Source: Eledone cirrhosa (lineage: Eukaryota). Taken from it: a stretch of 64,000 bases of DNA. The notes under the pieces were generated by a model. It saw only the letters and a program-made list of their open reading frames with translations, was not told the DNA's origin and did not search any database. The position numbers and the translations under genes are program-made. Of this stretch, positions 10,598 to 23,928 are shown piece by piece (the stretch's first letter is position 1; every line of letters starts with the position of its first letter). The stretch spans positions 202,988,001 through 203,052,000 of the forward strand of contig OZ024741.1 of the NCBI GenBank assembly GCA_964016885.1. Direction: 5' to 3'.

Positions 10598-13500
10598 TGG
10601 GGTGCGTCTGGGCGCGCAAAACCCACATCACCCGAGGCAAAAAGTACGCCACAGTAAATGTACTTTTCGCCGCCCCCAAGAGGCGAAGTCTCACTCTTTG
10701 GAAACCCTAACGAGTGAGGAGATAGTCTTGGTGCCCTCCTACTGCGGGCAGAAAACTGTGAGGGTCAAAATGACCCAGGCCCCGCCCGACGTGCTCATAC
10801 CTTGGCTGGCCGCGTCTGTACTGGCTGTAATCGAGGAGAAGACCACCATACTGCAAATAGAGAGAATAGGAAGCGAGAACTGGTCAGGAATAGGCCTGCA
10901 AATGCTAATACAGACTGACCAAGAGTGCATCGAGGCCATCCCAGATATCGTAGACCTCTAAGAAGGACTACAGCTCCCTTTAAGCATGGAAGGAAGGCGC
11001 CCAAAGTGCTATCTCTGTGGGCAGAAGGGTCACCAAGAAGAGGGCCCCCTCCTTCCGATGCCGGCTCCGCTACTACCAAGAGCAGGGCAGGCAACAGAGG
11101 CAGAAACCCTTCCATAGTGAATAGGAGGGCAACGTCCGTGGCACCCATACCAAGGCCACGGACAACTAAAACAGCGACAGCAGTGGCGGCAACACCAACA
11201 GTCGCAGTAGCTACACCGGCTGCAAAATCGCCGGAGAGGGCTCCACTACCACCACCAACAGCAGTGGAGCTCATACCCCTCCCAGACGCCACGGAATCCG
11301 ATATGGAGTATGAGGCGGGAGGGAAGTGGCAAACGGTCTGCCACAAAAAAAAAAAAAAAAAAGGAAAAACCCGTTAGCTTCACCCTCCAAAAGCGAAGGC
11401 AAACGAAGAGGGGTAAAGGCAGCAAAGAGACTTGCAGCAATACCACCAACATCACCATCACCACCACATGCATCACCACCACATGCATCACCACCAACAA
11501 CAACGACACCACCACCAGCATCGCCAAAAACACCAACATCGCAAACACAACAAAACACACATACCCAACAGTAACAACAAGAAAACAGCAACAAAATCAC
11601 CCCTCCCCCCAAAAAGTACACAGCCATAAATATGGCAAATAAAGAACTCTTACATATAAAGTAGTATACAGACATCACAGAAAAAAAAACTACTACATCC
11701 CACCAACACCAAGAACTCTCCCGACAAGCATAAACATCATTGAAATCAAACTAGAACATTACAAACTTTTAAAACAAAAATTCCCCAACGTAGTTTGAGA
11801 CTTCAGAGGGTCGGTTACCAAGAGGATATACACCAACATCCTCTTGGAAACACATATGACCAGCCAAATGGACTGTTCTACTGTCCCTTTACCACACGAT
11901 CAAAGTAAGTGATCATTTCTCACTTACCCCGTTTCTCACCCAACATGGCCGTACTTAGAATAGGCAGTATAAATGTACGTGGCATGGGGTCATCTTGGAA
12001 GCAGGGTCACCTGCTCAACGACCTCAGGTCACTAAACATGGATGTGGTGGCCATCGACGAGACCAGAATCTCCGAAACACGAGCCTTCGCACCGATCTTT
12101 GGCGGGTACGATGTATACACATCTCCCAGCCGTCCAGGATCGGGGGAGAGGAGTTGCTGTGCTTTTATCAGAGAAGCTTGGATCTCGTCATACGGGTCAT
12201 CTTCCTGGATCCAGAAGGTAAGTCGGTGGTGCTGGACGTGACCGGCAGCGAAGGCAATGCTTTCAGGCTAGTAGCCGTCTAAGCCCCATCAGGGGCAGAA
12301 CGGCCAGATTTCTTCAGACGTCTAGAGACCTTTCTTGAAACATCCCGCTCTTTAGTGTTAGAGGCCGACTTGAACGGTATCTTAGATACACACTGGGATT
12401 ATGTGGGGCTAGTAGACAGGGCAGGATGGTGTAAAAGCCTCAACAACCTGCTCAGACGTTTTGAACTGGATTATCCTAATGTGCCAATATGGACATGGGC
12501 AAACCGCATCGGGTCATCCAGATCGTATTTAGATAGGCTTTTCTGTAGGGAAACAGAATAGGCTAGTGTAGGTTGTCCACAATTTAAAGTAGTCGGCTAC
12601 ACGGACCACAAATTTGTGATCTGTGAAGTTGACTCCATAGGCAAGGGCCTGGCTACTGGAAGCTGAATGAGTCGTTCCCGGCGTGCAAAGCTTACAGAGA
12701 CCGGATTAGCGAATTAGTTGATAGTGCGTTGACGGGTGCGATCGTCAACAACAGGTATTGGTTTACCCTGAAAAGGGCTATTAGAGTAGAATCGATAAGG
12801 TTTAGCAAAGGAGTAGTGATAGAGGAAAATAGAGTAGAGGGAGAGTTAGTTAGAAAGCTAGAAGAAGCGTTTATGACAGGCATCGCAACCGACGTGCTTT
12901 CGGCGAGATTGGCACTCGACCAATTCTGCAACGCAAAGCACGAAGGCTGCGTTGTCAGAGGTAGAGCACATGCTCTAAGACACGAGGGGACGAAAGCCGT
13001 TCAATGGGCCCGAGTGGCGGAGGCGCGTTGTGGCAACAAAGCCACGATCCGGTCTTTGGTGGACCACGACGGGCGCATGCTACTCGATCCCGCTTTTCAG
13101 CGATACTTCGCACAGCTGTTCGGGGGCAGCGGCGGGCCGGATTGAGGGATGGATTTTAGTGTCTACCTCGACGGACTGCCGGGGCTCTCGGCCACTGAGG
13201 CGGAGTGTTCTGATAACAGCCGCTGAAGTACGGGAGGCAATGACTGGCTGCACAAGGGGTAGATCGCCTGGTTTGGATGGTCTGCCCTATGAACTTTACG
13301 TACATATGCCAGACTTGTTCGGAGGCCTCTTGGCGGACGTCTACTGCAACTGGAAACAGAACGGGAAAATTCCCAGCTCTGTGAGCCGAGGAGCGGTGGC
13401 GCTGCTGAGAAAGGATCCGAACAAGGGGGATAACATAGATAATTTCAGGCCCATAACTCTGCTAAACACAGAGTTCAAGATTTTGGCCAAGGTGCTAGCA

Positions 13501-15605
13501 AAGAGGATTGGCGCTTGTCGTAGGTGGTCTGGTGGGAGAGGAGCAGACATGCGCCATTCCCGACAGATCCATCCACGACAACCTCCACCTCATGCGATAC
13601 ATCGTAGAGAGGGTAGCTAGGGAACCTGGCACGGGTGGGTCCTTGATCAATTTAGATCAGTCGAAAGATTTCGATAGGGTCGAGCATCGTTACCTAGCGG
13701 CAGTCCTGAGGGCGGCTGGCTTTGGGCCCGTCTTCAGAGGCTGGATCACTGCCATGCACAGCGACATCTGATCTGTGGTGAGAGTGAATGGTCACCTTTC
13801 GGAACCGTTCAACAACATGCGCTCGGTCCGCCAAGGATGTCCCCTCTTGTCCCTCTTGTACGTATTGACTCTCGAGCCATTACTGCACAAACTGGAGACG
13901 TTGAGGGGGATCCCGCGCGAACTAGGATGCGGAAGATCCGTGTCAGCATATGCGGACGTTGTCACCGTAGTGGTGTCGAACGCCAAACACATGGAGGCGA
14001 TCGGCACTACACTAAGAGAATACGAAGCGGTGACAGGAGCAATGATCAACTAGGAAAAGTCAGTGGGCCTGCAGCTCGGCACCTAGAGAGGCAGGTCCAT
14101 GCCGTCCAACAGCGTCGTCGGGCACTGGACGGACGGACCGCTTAAATTGATAGAGGTTTGGTTCGGTCCGGACCTCCAGACGGACAAAAACTGGGACGAG
14201 GTGACGAGAAGGGTGGCTTCTCTCACCAAGAAATGGGCGGAGAGGAAGCTATCCCTGAAAGGTAGAGCGGAGGTGGCTAACGCGTACATCGCGTCCGTCA
14301 TCTACTACCGCCTGACCGTCGTACCTTGTCCTAAGCCCCGCCTGACTGCGCTGGAGCGTTTGCTCTTTCGCTTTTTGTGGAAGGGACGCGCTCCGATGGT
14401 CAAGCGGTCCATCTGCTGTCAACACCCGCTACGTGGAGGACTGGGCATGCCGTGGCTGATGATGCGCAGACACGCGCTCAGGCTACGACATCTCCACCTC
14501 TTCCTCGACGGTGATCAGGTGTGGTCGCCGTTTGCTAGACACGTCTTTCCCCAGCTCGTCTCCTTGACGGAGCTGCAGTCCTGGGTCAAGCGAAGACCGA
14601 GAGGGAGCGCTTGGAGACTGGAATATCTTCAGGCGCTCACAGCCCTCGACTAATCGGGCAATGTAATCGGTGGAAACTCCACCCTGGCGTTCTATAGAGG
14701 ATTAGTGGAGGGGAAGAGCGACGACGTACTTGGAGAAACTCTAGGCGTCGACGAAAATCAACTAGCCAATCTCTTCGGAAGGACTTTCGGGCCGGGGCTT
14801 ATAGACAACTTCCAGAAATCCCTGGCCTGGCAGTGCTACCGGGGAGCTTTGCCAGTTCGGGATAAACTCTACAGGCATGGAGGTGCCGTCAGCCGGGCAT
14901 GTCCGAGATGCGCGCAGGGTGACGAAACCGTCCTGCACGCACTCATCCAGTGTCCGAGCATTGCTGACTTGTGGGTTTATGTCGAACACCTGCTGTCGCG
15001 TGTAGGACGGATCCGGCTATCAGCTGAGTCCATCGTGAGGATTGCCCCGGCCTCTTCCTTTAGCCGGGAAGAGCAGGCAGTTTTTATCTGTCTGGTGGCC
15101 ATGGCGAAAGAGATAGTATGGTGGACACGTTTGAAAGGGCTGAAGACGAGCACTTACCTCTTCGGTGATGCCCTGATTAACTTTTTCAAATTTCATTTGA
15201 AAAGGAAAATCAGGGTAGAGAGGGAAGTGCTCTCTTCCCAGCATTTTGTTGAAAGAAGGGTGAGAGAAGCAAGTATGGCCCGAGTGAATGGGCCTACTCT
15301 GAGTATGTGTCTGTAAATTAAAGGTGGAAAACTGGGAGAGGGCACTTGCCCTGGTGGTCAGGGTCATTGTGGCCTTTTAATGGGCTTTCTCCACAAATGT
15401 CCCTCGGAAGTCTCCCCCCTATTGGGGAATTTTTCATTGTTATTTTTTTTGTTATATCCTCTGTTTTTGTTTTTTTACACGCAGAAATGCCCATTTGTAC
15501 CGTCCTGTATTGTCCTGTACTGTCCTTAATGTCTACTTTATGTAAACCCTTGTGGTTAATAAAGAAAGCATTATTATTATTATTATTGTTATTATTATTA
15601 TTATT
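10598..15605 (+). mobile_element. L1/Tx1-like LINE, subfamily A, 5'-truncated in ORF1, decayed ORF2 (APE endonuclease-RT-zinc finger)
   Basis: ORF1 knuckle CYLCGQKGH; ORF2 from ~11945 SINVRG, SYLDR, TDHK; SPGLDG, FRPITLLN, DQSKDFDRV, VRQGCPL, YADV, CPRC...HALIQC; (ATT)n tail. Confidence 0.95.
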
Positions 15606-16790
15606 GAGTCCAAACTGCACGCATGGAATTTGATTCTTTCTATAAACACCTGGTCTGTATTTGTGATATGGTACAGCGCTGGACTAAAACTGAGTATGAT
15701 GAGAACAAGAAAAACGATGGCCATGCATAAGGCGTCACATCAAAACCAACTGTAAATTGGCAGTACGTGAAATGCACAGTTAAAGGAAGAGGACTGATAA
15801 ATGTTACAGAATGTAGGGAGAATGAGAAGCGAGACATTAATTACCACGTGATAAATAGTACTTCTACAGTATTCCTCAACAGGACTAAGGTTAGAAAAGG
15901 GAAGGATGGAGAGTAAAGACAAGTTTAAGAGACGTATCTCTGTCGAGAGAAGAGAAGGAATAATGGGAAAGATATTATATGACCAGTTTGAATGACAAAC
16001 GTCTGAACTAAAGACAGAAAGACCTTGGGATTGGCTCTCCCGAATTGATCTAAAAAGGGAGACTGAAATATTACTGATCTCATAAGACCAAGCTTTGAGT
16101 ACTAAGTCGGTGACTAAAGGGATATATCATCTTGGTGAAAGTGTAAAGTGCCATTTGAGTGGAACTAATACAGAAAGTGTCACCCACATTGTGAGCCCTT
16201 GCAAAATGCTCGCTCAAAAAGAGTATAAAGAAAACATGACAATATCTCTATGTGCCTTCACTGATCAATGTACAAAAAATATGGATATTAGGTATCCGAT
16301 AACTGGTGTCAGCATGCCCCAGAATGTATCCTTGATGACAGACAACCCCAAGATACTCTCGAACTTCTCTATCCAAAGAAACTGCAATCTTGAATACAAC
16401 AGACATGATACATAGGCGTAGTTGAACCCCGTACTGCCGAGCTCCTCCGCAAGATCGGAACGTCGGCGGCCCGTTCAAGAAGGAGCCCCCGAGGTGGGCT
16501 GGCTTGGCTATTGCAGCGGGTATTGCTGGCCATTCTCTTCGGGAATGCCTTTGCGGTCTTGTCCATAATATTTAAGATATTTCCAGTTGTCCTCGGAGCA
16601 TTGGGCTCGATACCACTCAAACTGAGAAAATATCTTAAGCAAATAGACTTCGAATTAATGACTGCCTTTTAGGGCACTGCACATATTCTTAGGTAAGTCG
16701 TGTTTGTCTAAGGTCTTTGTTGCGACCTGACAGACAAGAGATCAATTAATTATATTACTGTACAAACAATAAAAATAATAATCATAATGA
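15606..16790 (+). mobile_element. Decayed R4/Dong-like LINE 3' portion
   Basis: WDWL...LKRETE, DQAL, C..SGTNTESVTHIVSPC..LAQKEYK, YNRHD, PVVLGALG; TAA-rich end. Confidence 0.8.
16415..16566 (+). mobile_element. CRE-like REL LINE C-terminal fragment nested in the Dong-like copy
   Basis: GC-rich island reading GVVEPRTAELLRKIG...WLLQRVLLAILFGNAFAVL, resembling the CRE QR(L)S.A.QRGNA terminus. Confidence 0.6.
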
Positions 16791-17212
16791 TCAAACACAG
16801 GCGCTCTAACATCGTAGTGCTTGAGAAATAGGCAAATAAGGATTTTATAATTGACGTAACCTGCCTTGTGGATACTAATTTGTTGGCAAAGTTAGGAAAT
16901 TATCCTGAGTGTAGGGTGACAAGAGCAAGAATGTAGAATAAAGAAATATGCATCATTCCCGTGATCATTGGTGCTTTGGGACCAATCTCCTAGATGTCCA
17001 CGACCATTTGAAAAAACTCAACATAGAGTACTAGGTGAGTACTCTTCAGAAATCAGTGTTTTTAGGGACAGCACATTCTTCGAAAAGTTTTGTCTATTAA
17101 ATGATAGAAGAGCTAGTCATTCTATATGGTTTAGGTTTATGAAGCCTAAGGATGATATGGAGTCCTAAATAACCAGTAAAACACCCAAAGCTGTGAAAAA
17201 GAAATAATAACT
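16790..17212 (+). mobile_element. Second decayed Dong-like 3' fragment
   Basis: HRRSNIVVLEK..FIIDVTC, IIPVIIGALG; ends AATAATAAC. Confidence 0.7.
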
Positions 17213-17418
17213 TATGATTAGACATCAACGACAGTATGATTCCTTGTTAGAAGATCGGTTGGCTATTATATACTTAGAAAGGAAATTTGATCTCAGTATC
17301 AAGGTTTAATTTTATTATTGTTGATGCAAAAATATCTTTTACTGGTTCAGTCGTTAGACAGCGATTATACGGGGCCACGGGCTTGGAGCGATTTTAGTTG
17401 ATCATATCAATCTTATTA

Positions 17419-17769
17419 CAATGGAATCTCGGTTCACAATTTTAATTCGTTTCTAAAGGCCGTTTGTCACCCGAAATGTTCGTAAACCGAAACTATTTTT
17501 TCCATACGAAATCTTGAGAAAGAAATACAGTGAGAGAGAGAGAGAAAGAGACTGTGTGTGAAATATGGATAGATATCCCCAAGTAACCAACTACACTCCA
17601 AGTGTCGCTTTTTCGCCGATACTCAAAACTTGTTGCCAACCATTGTTGCCGGCTTGTGTGTTCGTTACTCGAGACACTGCTTGTGAACCGAGACATTTTA
17701 TGTTCGGAAAAATTGCTCGTGAACCAATTTATTCATGATGAGACGCGTTCGTGAACCGAGGTTCCATCA
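17419..17769. mobile_element. Tigger/pogo-like MITE
   Basis: TA|CAATGGAATCTCGGTTCAC...GTGAACCGAGGTTCCATCA|TA; internal GTGAACCGA repeats. Confidence 0.8.
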
Positions 17770-18242
17770 TACTTATTTTGGCAAGTTTGGTATATATTTT
17801 ATCGGTCTTTTTTTTTGTCGAACTAGATTGCTACTTTATTTCTTTGACTCCAGGAGGGAGAAAAGTAAAGTTGACATCGGTGAAATTTGAACTGATTAGC
17901 ATAATTTATATTTCGTGGTTAAAGGGTAACAAGCTGGTCACGTACTAACCTCTTAGTCATATGCTGAGCAAGTTATCACATACTGACTAGGTTGTCACAT
18001 ACTGACCACCTGGTCAAGCAGTGATCGCTTGGTCACACGCTGGCCTTTCTATAATTACAATAATTGAAGCTATTCTATGCGAAGTTGTAACCTGCATTTC
18101 TAAAGATAAGTGTGTATGCATTAGCAGTGTTTATATACCACTAAAGGAACTGTTGAAAGAGAGGCTACCAATATCTTCACAGAGAAAAGGCCATATAGTG
18201 CTGAAACTGCCCAAGAATTATGTATTTTGTAATATATTTTCT

Positions 18243-18545
18243 GGTGCGTAGCTTAGTGGTTATGGTGTTCAGTTCATCGTCGTAACGCCATGAGTTCGAT
18301 TCCCGGCGCTGTGTTGCGTCTTTAATCAAGACACTTTATTTTACGTTGCATAAGTTCTCTCAGCTGGAAAAAATGAGTTGTACATGAAATTTAAAGAACC
18401 AGCCTTATCATATACTGTGTCATACTAAATCTTCCTGGGAACCACGTGAAGGGTACACGTGTCCATTGAATGATCAGCCACTTACATATTAATTTATTAA
18501 AAAAAATATATATATTAAGTGAACTCTGTGGATTAAGCGTGATTT
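18243..18545 (+). mobile_element. tRNA-derived SINE family 2 (CORE-like domain)
   Basis: TAGCTTAGTGG, GAGTTCGATTCC, CAAGACACTTTATTTTACGTTGC. Confidence 0.75.
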
Positions 18546-19124
18546 CATGTATAGACTTATAATTTCTGATAGAGGTGTTGGGATGTCGTGGTGACATACG
18601 ACATTTCTTCGACATTTTAAGCTTGGTGGAGCCTATCTCTTTAGGTATGAACACAGCCTATTTTTTCGGTGAAGGAGAGAAAATTATAGAAAGGAAGTGA
18701 GAAGGATATGTTATATAGAGGAAGAATCGCCACGAGTACTGAACTGGTATTTTATTTATCGACTTCGAAAGGAGGAAAGGCTAAGTTGACCTCAGCGGGA
18801 TTTGAACTCAAAGCGCAGAGAACCGGAACCAGTACCGTAAAGCATTCTATCCGAGGTTTTGTTATTACTTTCTTTAAAATTCCCCGAACATTTTCTAAAC
18901 AATTACTGCTCTATATTTCCGATGAACCAGTAAAAAATAAGCCTATTTTGCTTTTTTATCTAAAACATTAGTTTTTCTTCCACATTAAATGACAATGCAT
19001 CACATGGTGACCAGCGACAAGGGACTTTTGTGAGAAAAACTAGACTAAACAATGCAATATAAACATAACGGATCTAAAGTTAAATATATCTTAAATAGAT
19101 GATATCTAAAGGGGTGTTAATACA

Positions 19125-19470
19125 TGGGGTGCATGATTTAATAGTTAGAGCGTTGAGCTTTCAATCGGGAGGGTGTGAGTTGGATTCTTGGATTAGATGA
19201 AGCGCTGTGTCCTTGAGCAAGACACTTCATTTCACGTTGCTCCAGTTTACTCAGCTGTAGAAATGAGTTGCGACGTCACTGGTGCCAAACTGTATTAGCC
19301 ATGGCCATATTCTTGGGGACAACATCGGTGGTGTGGAGAGGAGAGACTGATATGCATGGACTGGCGGTCTTCTAAAAGCATACTTGCAAAGACTTGGGCC
19401 TCGGAGGGGAACATTCTACGTGCAAATTCTATGGTCATTCGTGATCGAAAGGGATTTTTACCCTTACTCT
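19125..19470 (+). mobile_element. SINE family 2, related subfamily
   Basis: tRNA head plus TGTCCTTGAGCAAGACACTTCATTTCACGTTGCTCCAG. Confidence 0.75.
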
Positions 19471-20109
19471 TATATGTGACACAATGTATCAGTGTCTGGA
19501 AATATCAGTAACAGATGTCAACACGTGACACAGTGTCTGAAAAAGTCAACAATAGATGTCGACATTGTATAACACAGTGTCTGGATAACTTCAAACACGT
19601 TGGCTAGTTGAGTCCATTATAACATCAACAAAGAATCCTTAGCTACTTCACATGAACATTGTTCACATGAACATTGTTCACATGAACATTGATGACTATA
19701 AAACTGCTAATTGTCTAGGAGGAGTTATTAATGTAATTAGATATGAAAAAAAAAAGTAAGAAAGAAACCGAACGTCCGATCGGACTCAGGAAACTATCAG
19801 ATATCTCCTGTTAATACCATTGTTGATACTAACTGCCGGTCTAACATACCTTGAAAAATACGTATTTAAAGGAAAGGGATCGACCATCAGTTCGGACCAA
19901 AGAGGCAATGTTTTCATTGGTCTTTCCATTGTTGATACTATCTAAAGGTCACAACTCCTGATAGAAAAACACAACGCACTGCCCCCTTGAAGAATCGAAA
20001 TCACAACCTTATCATCAAGGATCTAACACACCAACCATTAAACAACGGGCATTCACTTTATTTACCGAATCAACTAAAAAACACACGTACACCTGTAAAT
20101 CTGTCCTGC

Positions 20110-20253
20110 TTTCCAGCAAAGAGTTACGCCTCTTTACGGTCTGAGTTCAAATCCCGCCGAGGTTAACTTTGCCTTTCATCCTTACCGGGTCGATAAAATA
20201 AAGTAACAGTAATACACTGGGATAATTGCTGGTCTTGTGCCAAAAGTAGAAAC

Positions 20254-20258
<5 letters not shown>
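20110..20258 (+). mobile_element. SINE family 1, partial
   Basis: B-box and middle domain. Confidence 0.8.
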
Positions 20259-20320
<62 letters not shown>

Positions 20321-20324
<4 letters not shown>

Positions 20325-20935
20325 TCGTTTGGAAGCCTCGACAATGCAAATGGGTAAATCTCCGGGTAACAAGGTCCGGTGGTGGAGAGAGAGATGTAAG
20401 TGGGTGTACGTTGAGATGCGTGGTGTGTATAAGATGTGTGAGATGTGTAGAATGAAGGGAAGAGTAAAAGGATAAAAATAATAACAACACAAGAGAGAGT
20501 TACCTTGGGAGAGATTTAATAGTCCCTATATATTTCGGATTCACATCCATCAACTGGGTTTTTTTTCCGAAATCAACAAACAGCGAAAGACGCCTTCCGG
20601 ACTTGTCCGACAGACAACCTTTTCCCCCACCCCGGAAAAACCCCAGTTGATGGATGTGAATCCGAAATATATAGGGACTATTAAATCTCTCCCAAGGTAA
20701 CTCTCTCTTGTGTTGTTATTTTTATTTTTATCCTTTTACTCTTCCCTTCATTCTACACATCTCACACATCTTATACACACCACGCATCTCAACGCACACC
20801 CACTTACATCTCTCTCTCCACCACCGGACCTTGTTACCCGGAGATTTACCCATTTGCATTGTCGAGGCTTCCAAACGACTTAAATATATTTACTTATTGT
20901 TCCACAATGCTTCAAGCAAACTTCAATACTCTCAT
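20321..20935. mobile_element. Fold-back PLE pLTR, same family as 51220-53040
   Basis: 20321-20569 inverted to 20632-20882; strong similarity to 52795-53040; embedded in (TA)n. Confidence 0.88.
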
Positions 20936-20948
20936 ATATATATATATA

Positions 20949-21331
20949 TATATTGGTAAACGGAAAAGAAAATGCTGACAAATTGTTCACAGTGAAAAAT
21001 AGTTTAATTAGGGATAAGTGAAAATGTGTAATAGTATTGGTTAGTATTCAGTTTTGGTTTTAAGTTTTACCGGTTGCGCATTTCTAATACTTTTCAAAAA
21101 TAATTTTGTGATAGAGCGCTCGTGATGTTTGCTCTAATCGGATTAGAGCAAACATCACGAGCGCTCTATCACAAAATTATTTTTGAAAAGTATTAGAAAT
21201 GCGCAACCGGTAAAACTTAAAACCAAAACTGAATACTAACCAATACTATTACACATTTTCACTTATCCCTAATTAAACTATTTTTCACTGTGAACAATTT
21301 GTCAGCATTTTCTTTTCCGTTTACCAATATA
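20949..21331. repeat. Near-perfect 383-bp palindrome with 1-nt spacer
   Basis: Centre ...GCTCTAATC-G-GATTAGAGC... at 21140; arms end TATATTGGTAAACGG / CCGTTTACCAATATA. Confidence 0.95.
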
Positions 21332-21362
21332 TCATAACTCGTGTGTTACACCTCTATTCTTT

Positions 21363-21436
<74 letters not shown>

Positions 21437-22521
21437 GTATATATATATATATATCAGACCTGCCAAACGGGGAGTACCATGAAAAAAAGTGCCCCAAAAC
21501 GGGGAGAAATGAGGCCAAATGCGGAGATTTTACATAATGAAAGCTATACTCATTTTTACAAGTGAAGACATCTCTCACCTACCCCAAAGTGGGTGGTAGA
21601 TCTCCTCGTCCGACGGGGAGAGTTGATATATATATAATGTGTATATATGTTAAAGTACGTATATATATTATAGTACGTATATATGTGTGTATATATGTTA
21701 AAGAGTGTATATACTAAAGTGTGTATACAAGTAAACAAACCGTTCTCATATTTTAACATTTCTCTCTCATTTTGTTTATAAATATTTATATGTACATATA
21801 CATACGTGTAGGCGAAGACAGCTATATAGATAAACACATACACAGACATCAATAAATATATACATACACACACGCACCTTGTTTCATACATAGTCACACC
21901 AAAACACTATCCACACACACATGCATACACACCTATGTAAATATAAACATACAGACATACATTTATATTCATACATTTTCACACCAAACATATTAGCCAC
22001 ATACGCAAGCATAGAGAAAGAGACTGGCGCATGCCCAAACACGCGCACGTCCGTCGCCATTCCTGTCATCAGCTAGTATTATTAATTACTCTTGACGTTT
22101 CATCCATCAGAATGTGTAGCTAAGGGCACCCCTCTCCCAATTAGATGTCCTGGAAGGTCTACTTGATTAGGGTTTATTTCCTGTGAATCTCTGCTCCATC
22201 ATATTACTTAGATTAACCAGATTAACCGCCCATGAACCGGGAAATAAGATGCGTTTTTGCATCTCTAAAGCAATAGCTATTCTCAATGCAATAGCTATTC
22301 TAACGCCTGCATCAGGTGGAATCTGTAGACTGCGACATTTATTAAAAGAATTATGTAAGGCGACAGCAAAATGTATTCAATTGACTATTTTGGTAATAAC
22401 CCTACCAAAAATAGTTCTGATTCTGTGAGACAAAGCCACTTATTTTAAAGGATTTCTATTTAAATTATAACCTTCGGACACAATTATTTTATATAAGAGT
22501 CATATGATAGGTTATTATTTA

Positions 22522-22702
22522 TTGGCAGTATCGGTAGAGGGTCATACACCATGCTTTCCAGCATAGTTACGTCCCTTTACGATCTGAGTTCAAATCCTGC
22601 CGAGGTTGACTTTGCCTTTCATCCTTACGGGGTTGATGAAATAAAGTACCAGTAATGCACTGGTTAATTGCTGGCCTTGTGCCTAAAGTAGAAACAATTA
22701 TT
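22522..22702 (+). mobile_element. SINE family 1 copy
   Basis: Full head, middle domain and tail. Confidence 0.85.
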
Positions 22703-22782
22703 TAGTATAATGAAATAATTAATCATTTTAGTAAATCCTTCAAAATTCTTCATTAACTAGTTGAAATAGAGCAGCAGGGAAG

Positions 22783-22867
<85 letters not shown>

Positions 22868-22934
22868 TACTGACATGCCTTTAAAGAGGCTGTTTGCATA
22901 ATTGCGAACGAATCGAATATTATTAATATTCGAA

Positions 22935-23143
22935 GAAAGTGCAGTAGATTGGTAGTATCGGACGCCATGCTTTGCAGCATAGAGTTACGGCCCTTTATGA
23001 TCTGAGTTCAAATCTCGCCAAGGTGAACTTTGCCTTTCATCACCACGGGGTCGATAAAATAAAGCACCAGTCACGCACTGGGGTCGATTTTATCGACGTC
23101 CCTCTCCTCCGAAATTTCTGGCCTTGTGCCTATATAAGAAACC
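22935..23143 (+). mobile_element. SINE family 1 copy with 16-bp target site duplication
   Basis: ATTATTAATATTCGAA at 22919-22934 and 23144-23159; interrupts a copy of the 3286-3380 repeat. Confidence 0.85.
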
Positions 23144-23353
23144 ATTATTAATATTCGAAAAACTCAGATTACACATATATATATATATAAATGTTACGTA
23201 TTTCCGTAGAAAGGGTAAACGAAAAAAAAGAGTGCTCTATGTATTGTACAGAGCTATTTTATTACTTAATAAGCAACACAATATAATTATTTCACTTCCT
23301 TGCAAGGAACATCCAGTTCATTCATCAGACAAAATAATAATTTTGTTGTTTAT

Positions 23354-23412
<59 letters not shown>

Positions 23413-23420
23413 AAGTAAGT

Positions 23421-23885
23421 CCATAGAATCATTTGATAAAATATATACAGTATTTCTTCTGCCAATCAGCATAATCAACCACGCAAAAAAATCAATGTAC
23501 TTATGAAGAAACAATAGATAAATAAATGATACCTATTTTATCCGCGATCCACAGCCACAAAAGATATACCTAGTACTTCTAATAGCCCGTAGAAATCGAC
23601 TAGACATATAGTTAACCATACACAATTAGGTACAAAATCAAAGTTAGAAGAAAAAATGTACATAAACATACCAAAAACATGTTTCTACCCCCGGAGATTT
23701 CATTCGCTTTTTGGAAATATCCGATCATGGATAAATCAACGAGTTTCGAAATCATCAGGAAACAAACTCAACTGGACAAAGATTTTTCTTAAATGATCCC
23801 GCCAGAAACGAATTCAAAATGGCTAAGAATTGTCATATGGCCAGTGGTCAAGTCAGAAAGCTTGTGATTGGTGCCTGACGAATGC
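23421..23885 (+). mobile_element. Diverged homolog of the non-coding unit at 25067-25530
   Basis: Colinear blocks ATAGAATCA..GATAAAATATATAC, CCAAT.AGCATAAT.AACCA, ATATCCGAT.A, AATGGCTAAGAAT.GT, AGAAAG..TGTGATT. Confidence 0.7.
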
Positions 23886-23928
23886 TTTGTGTCCTTGAAA
23901 TACGTATAAGAAAATAAATATGGCACTA

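Noticed and set aside
21560-21625. Two adjacent hairpins after GTGAAGA
   Set aside because: No ribozyme core, and prokaryotic terminator logic does not apply
22085-22120. Minus-strand CTGATGG-AT-GAAACGTC
   Set aside because: Stem II absent and stem I poor; too decayed to call
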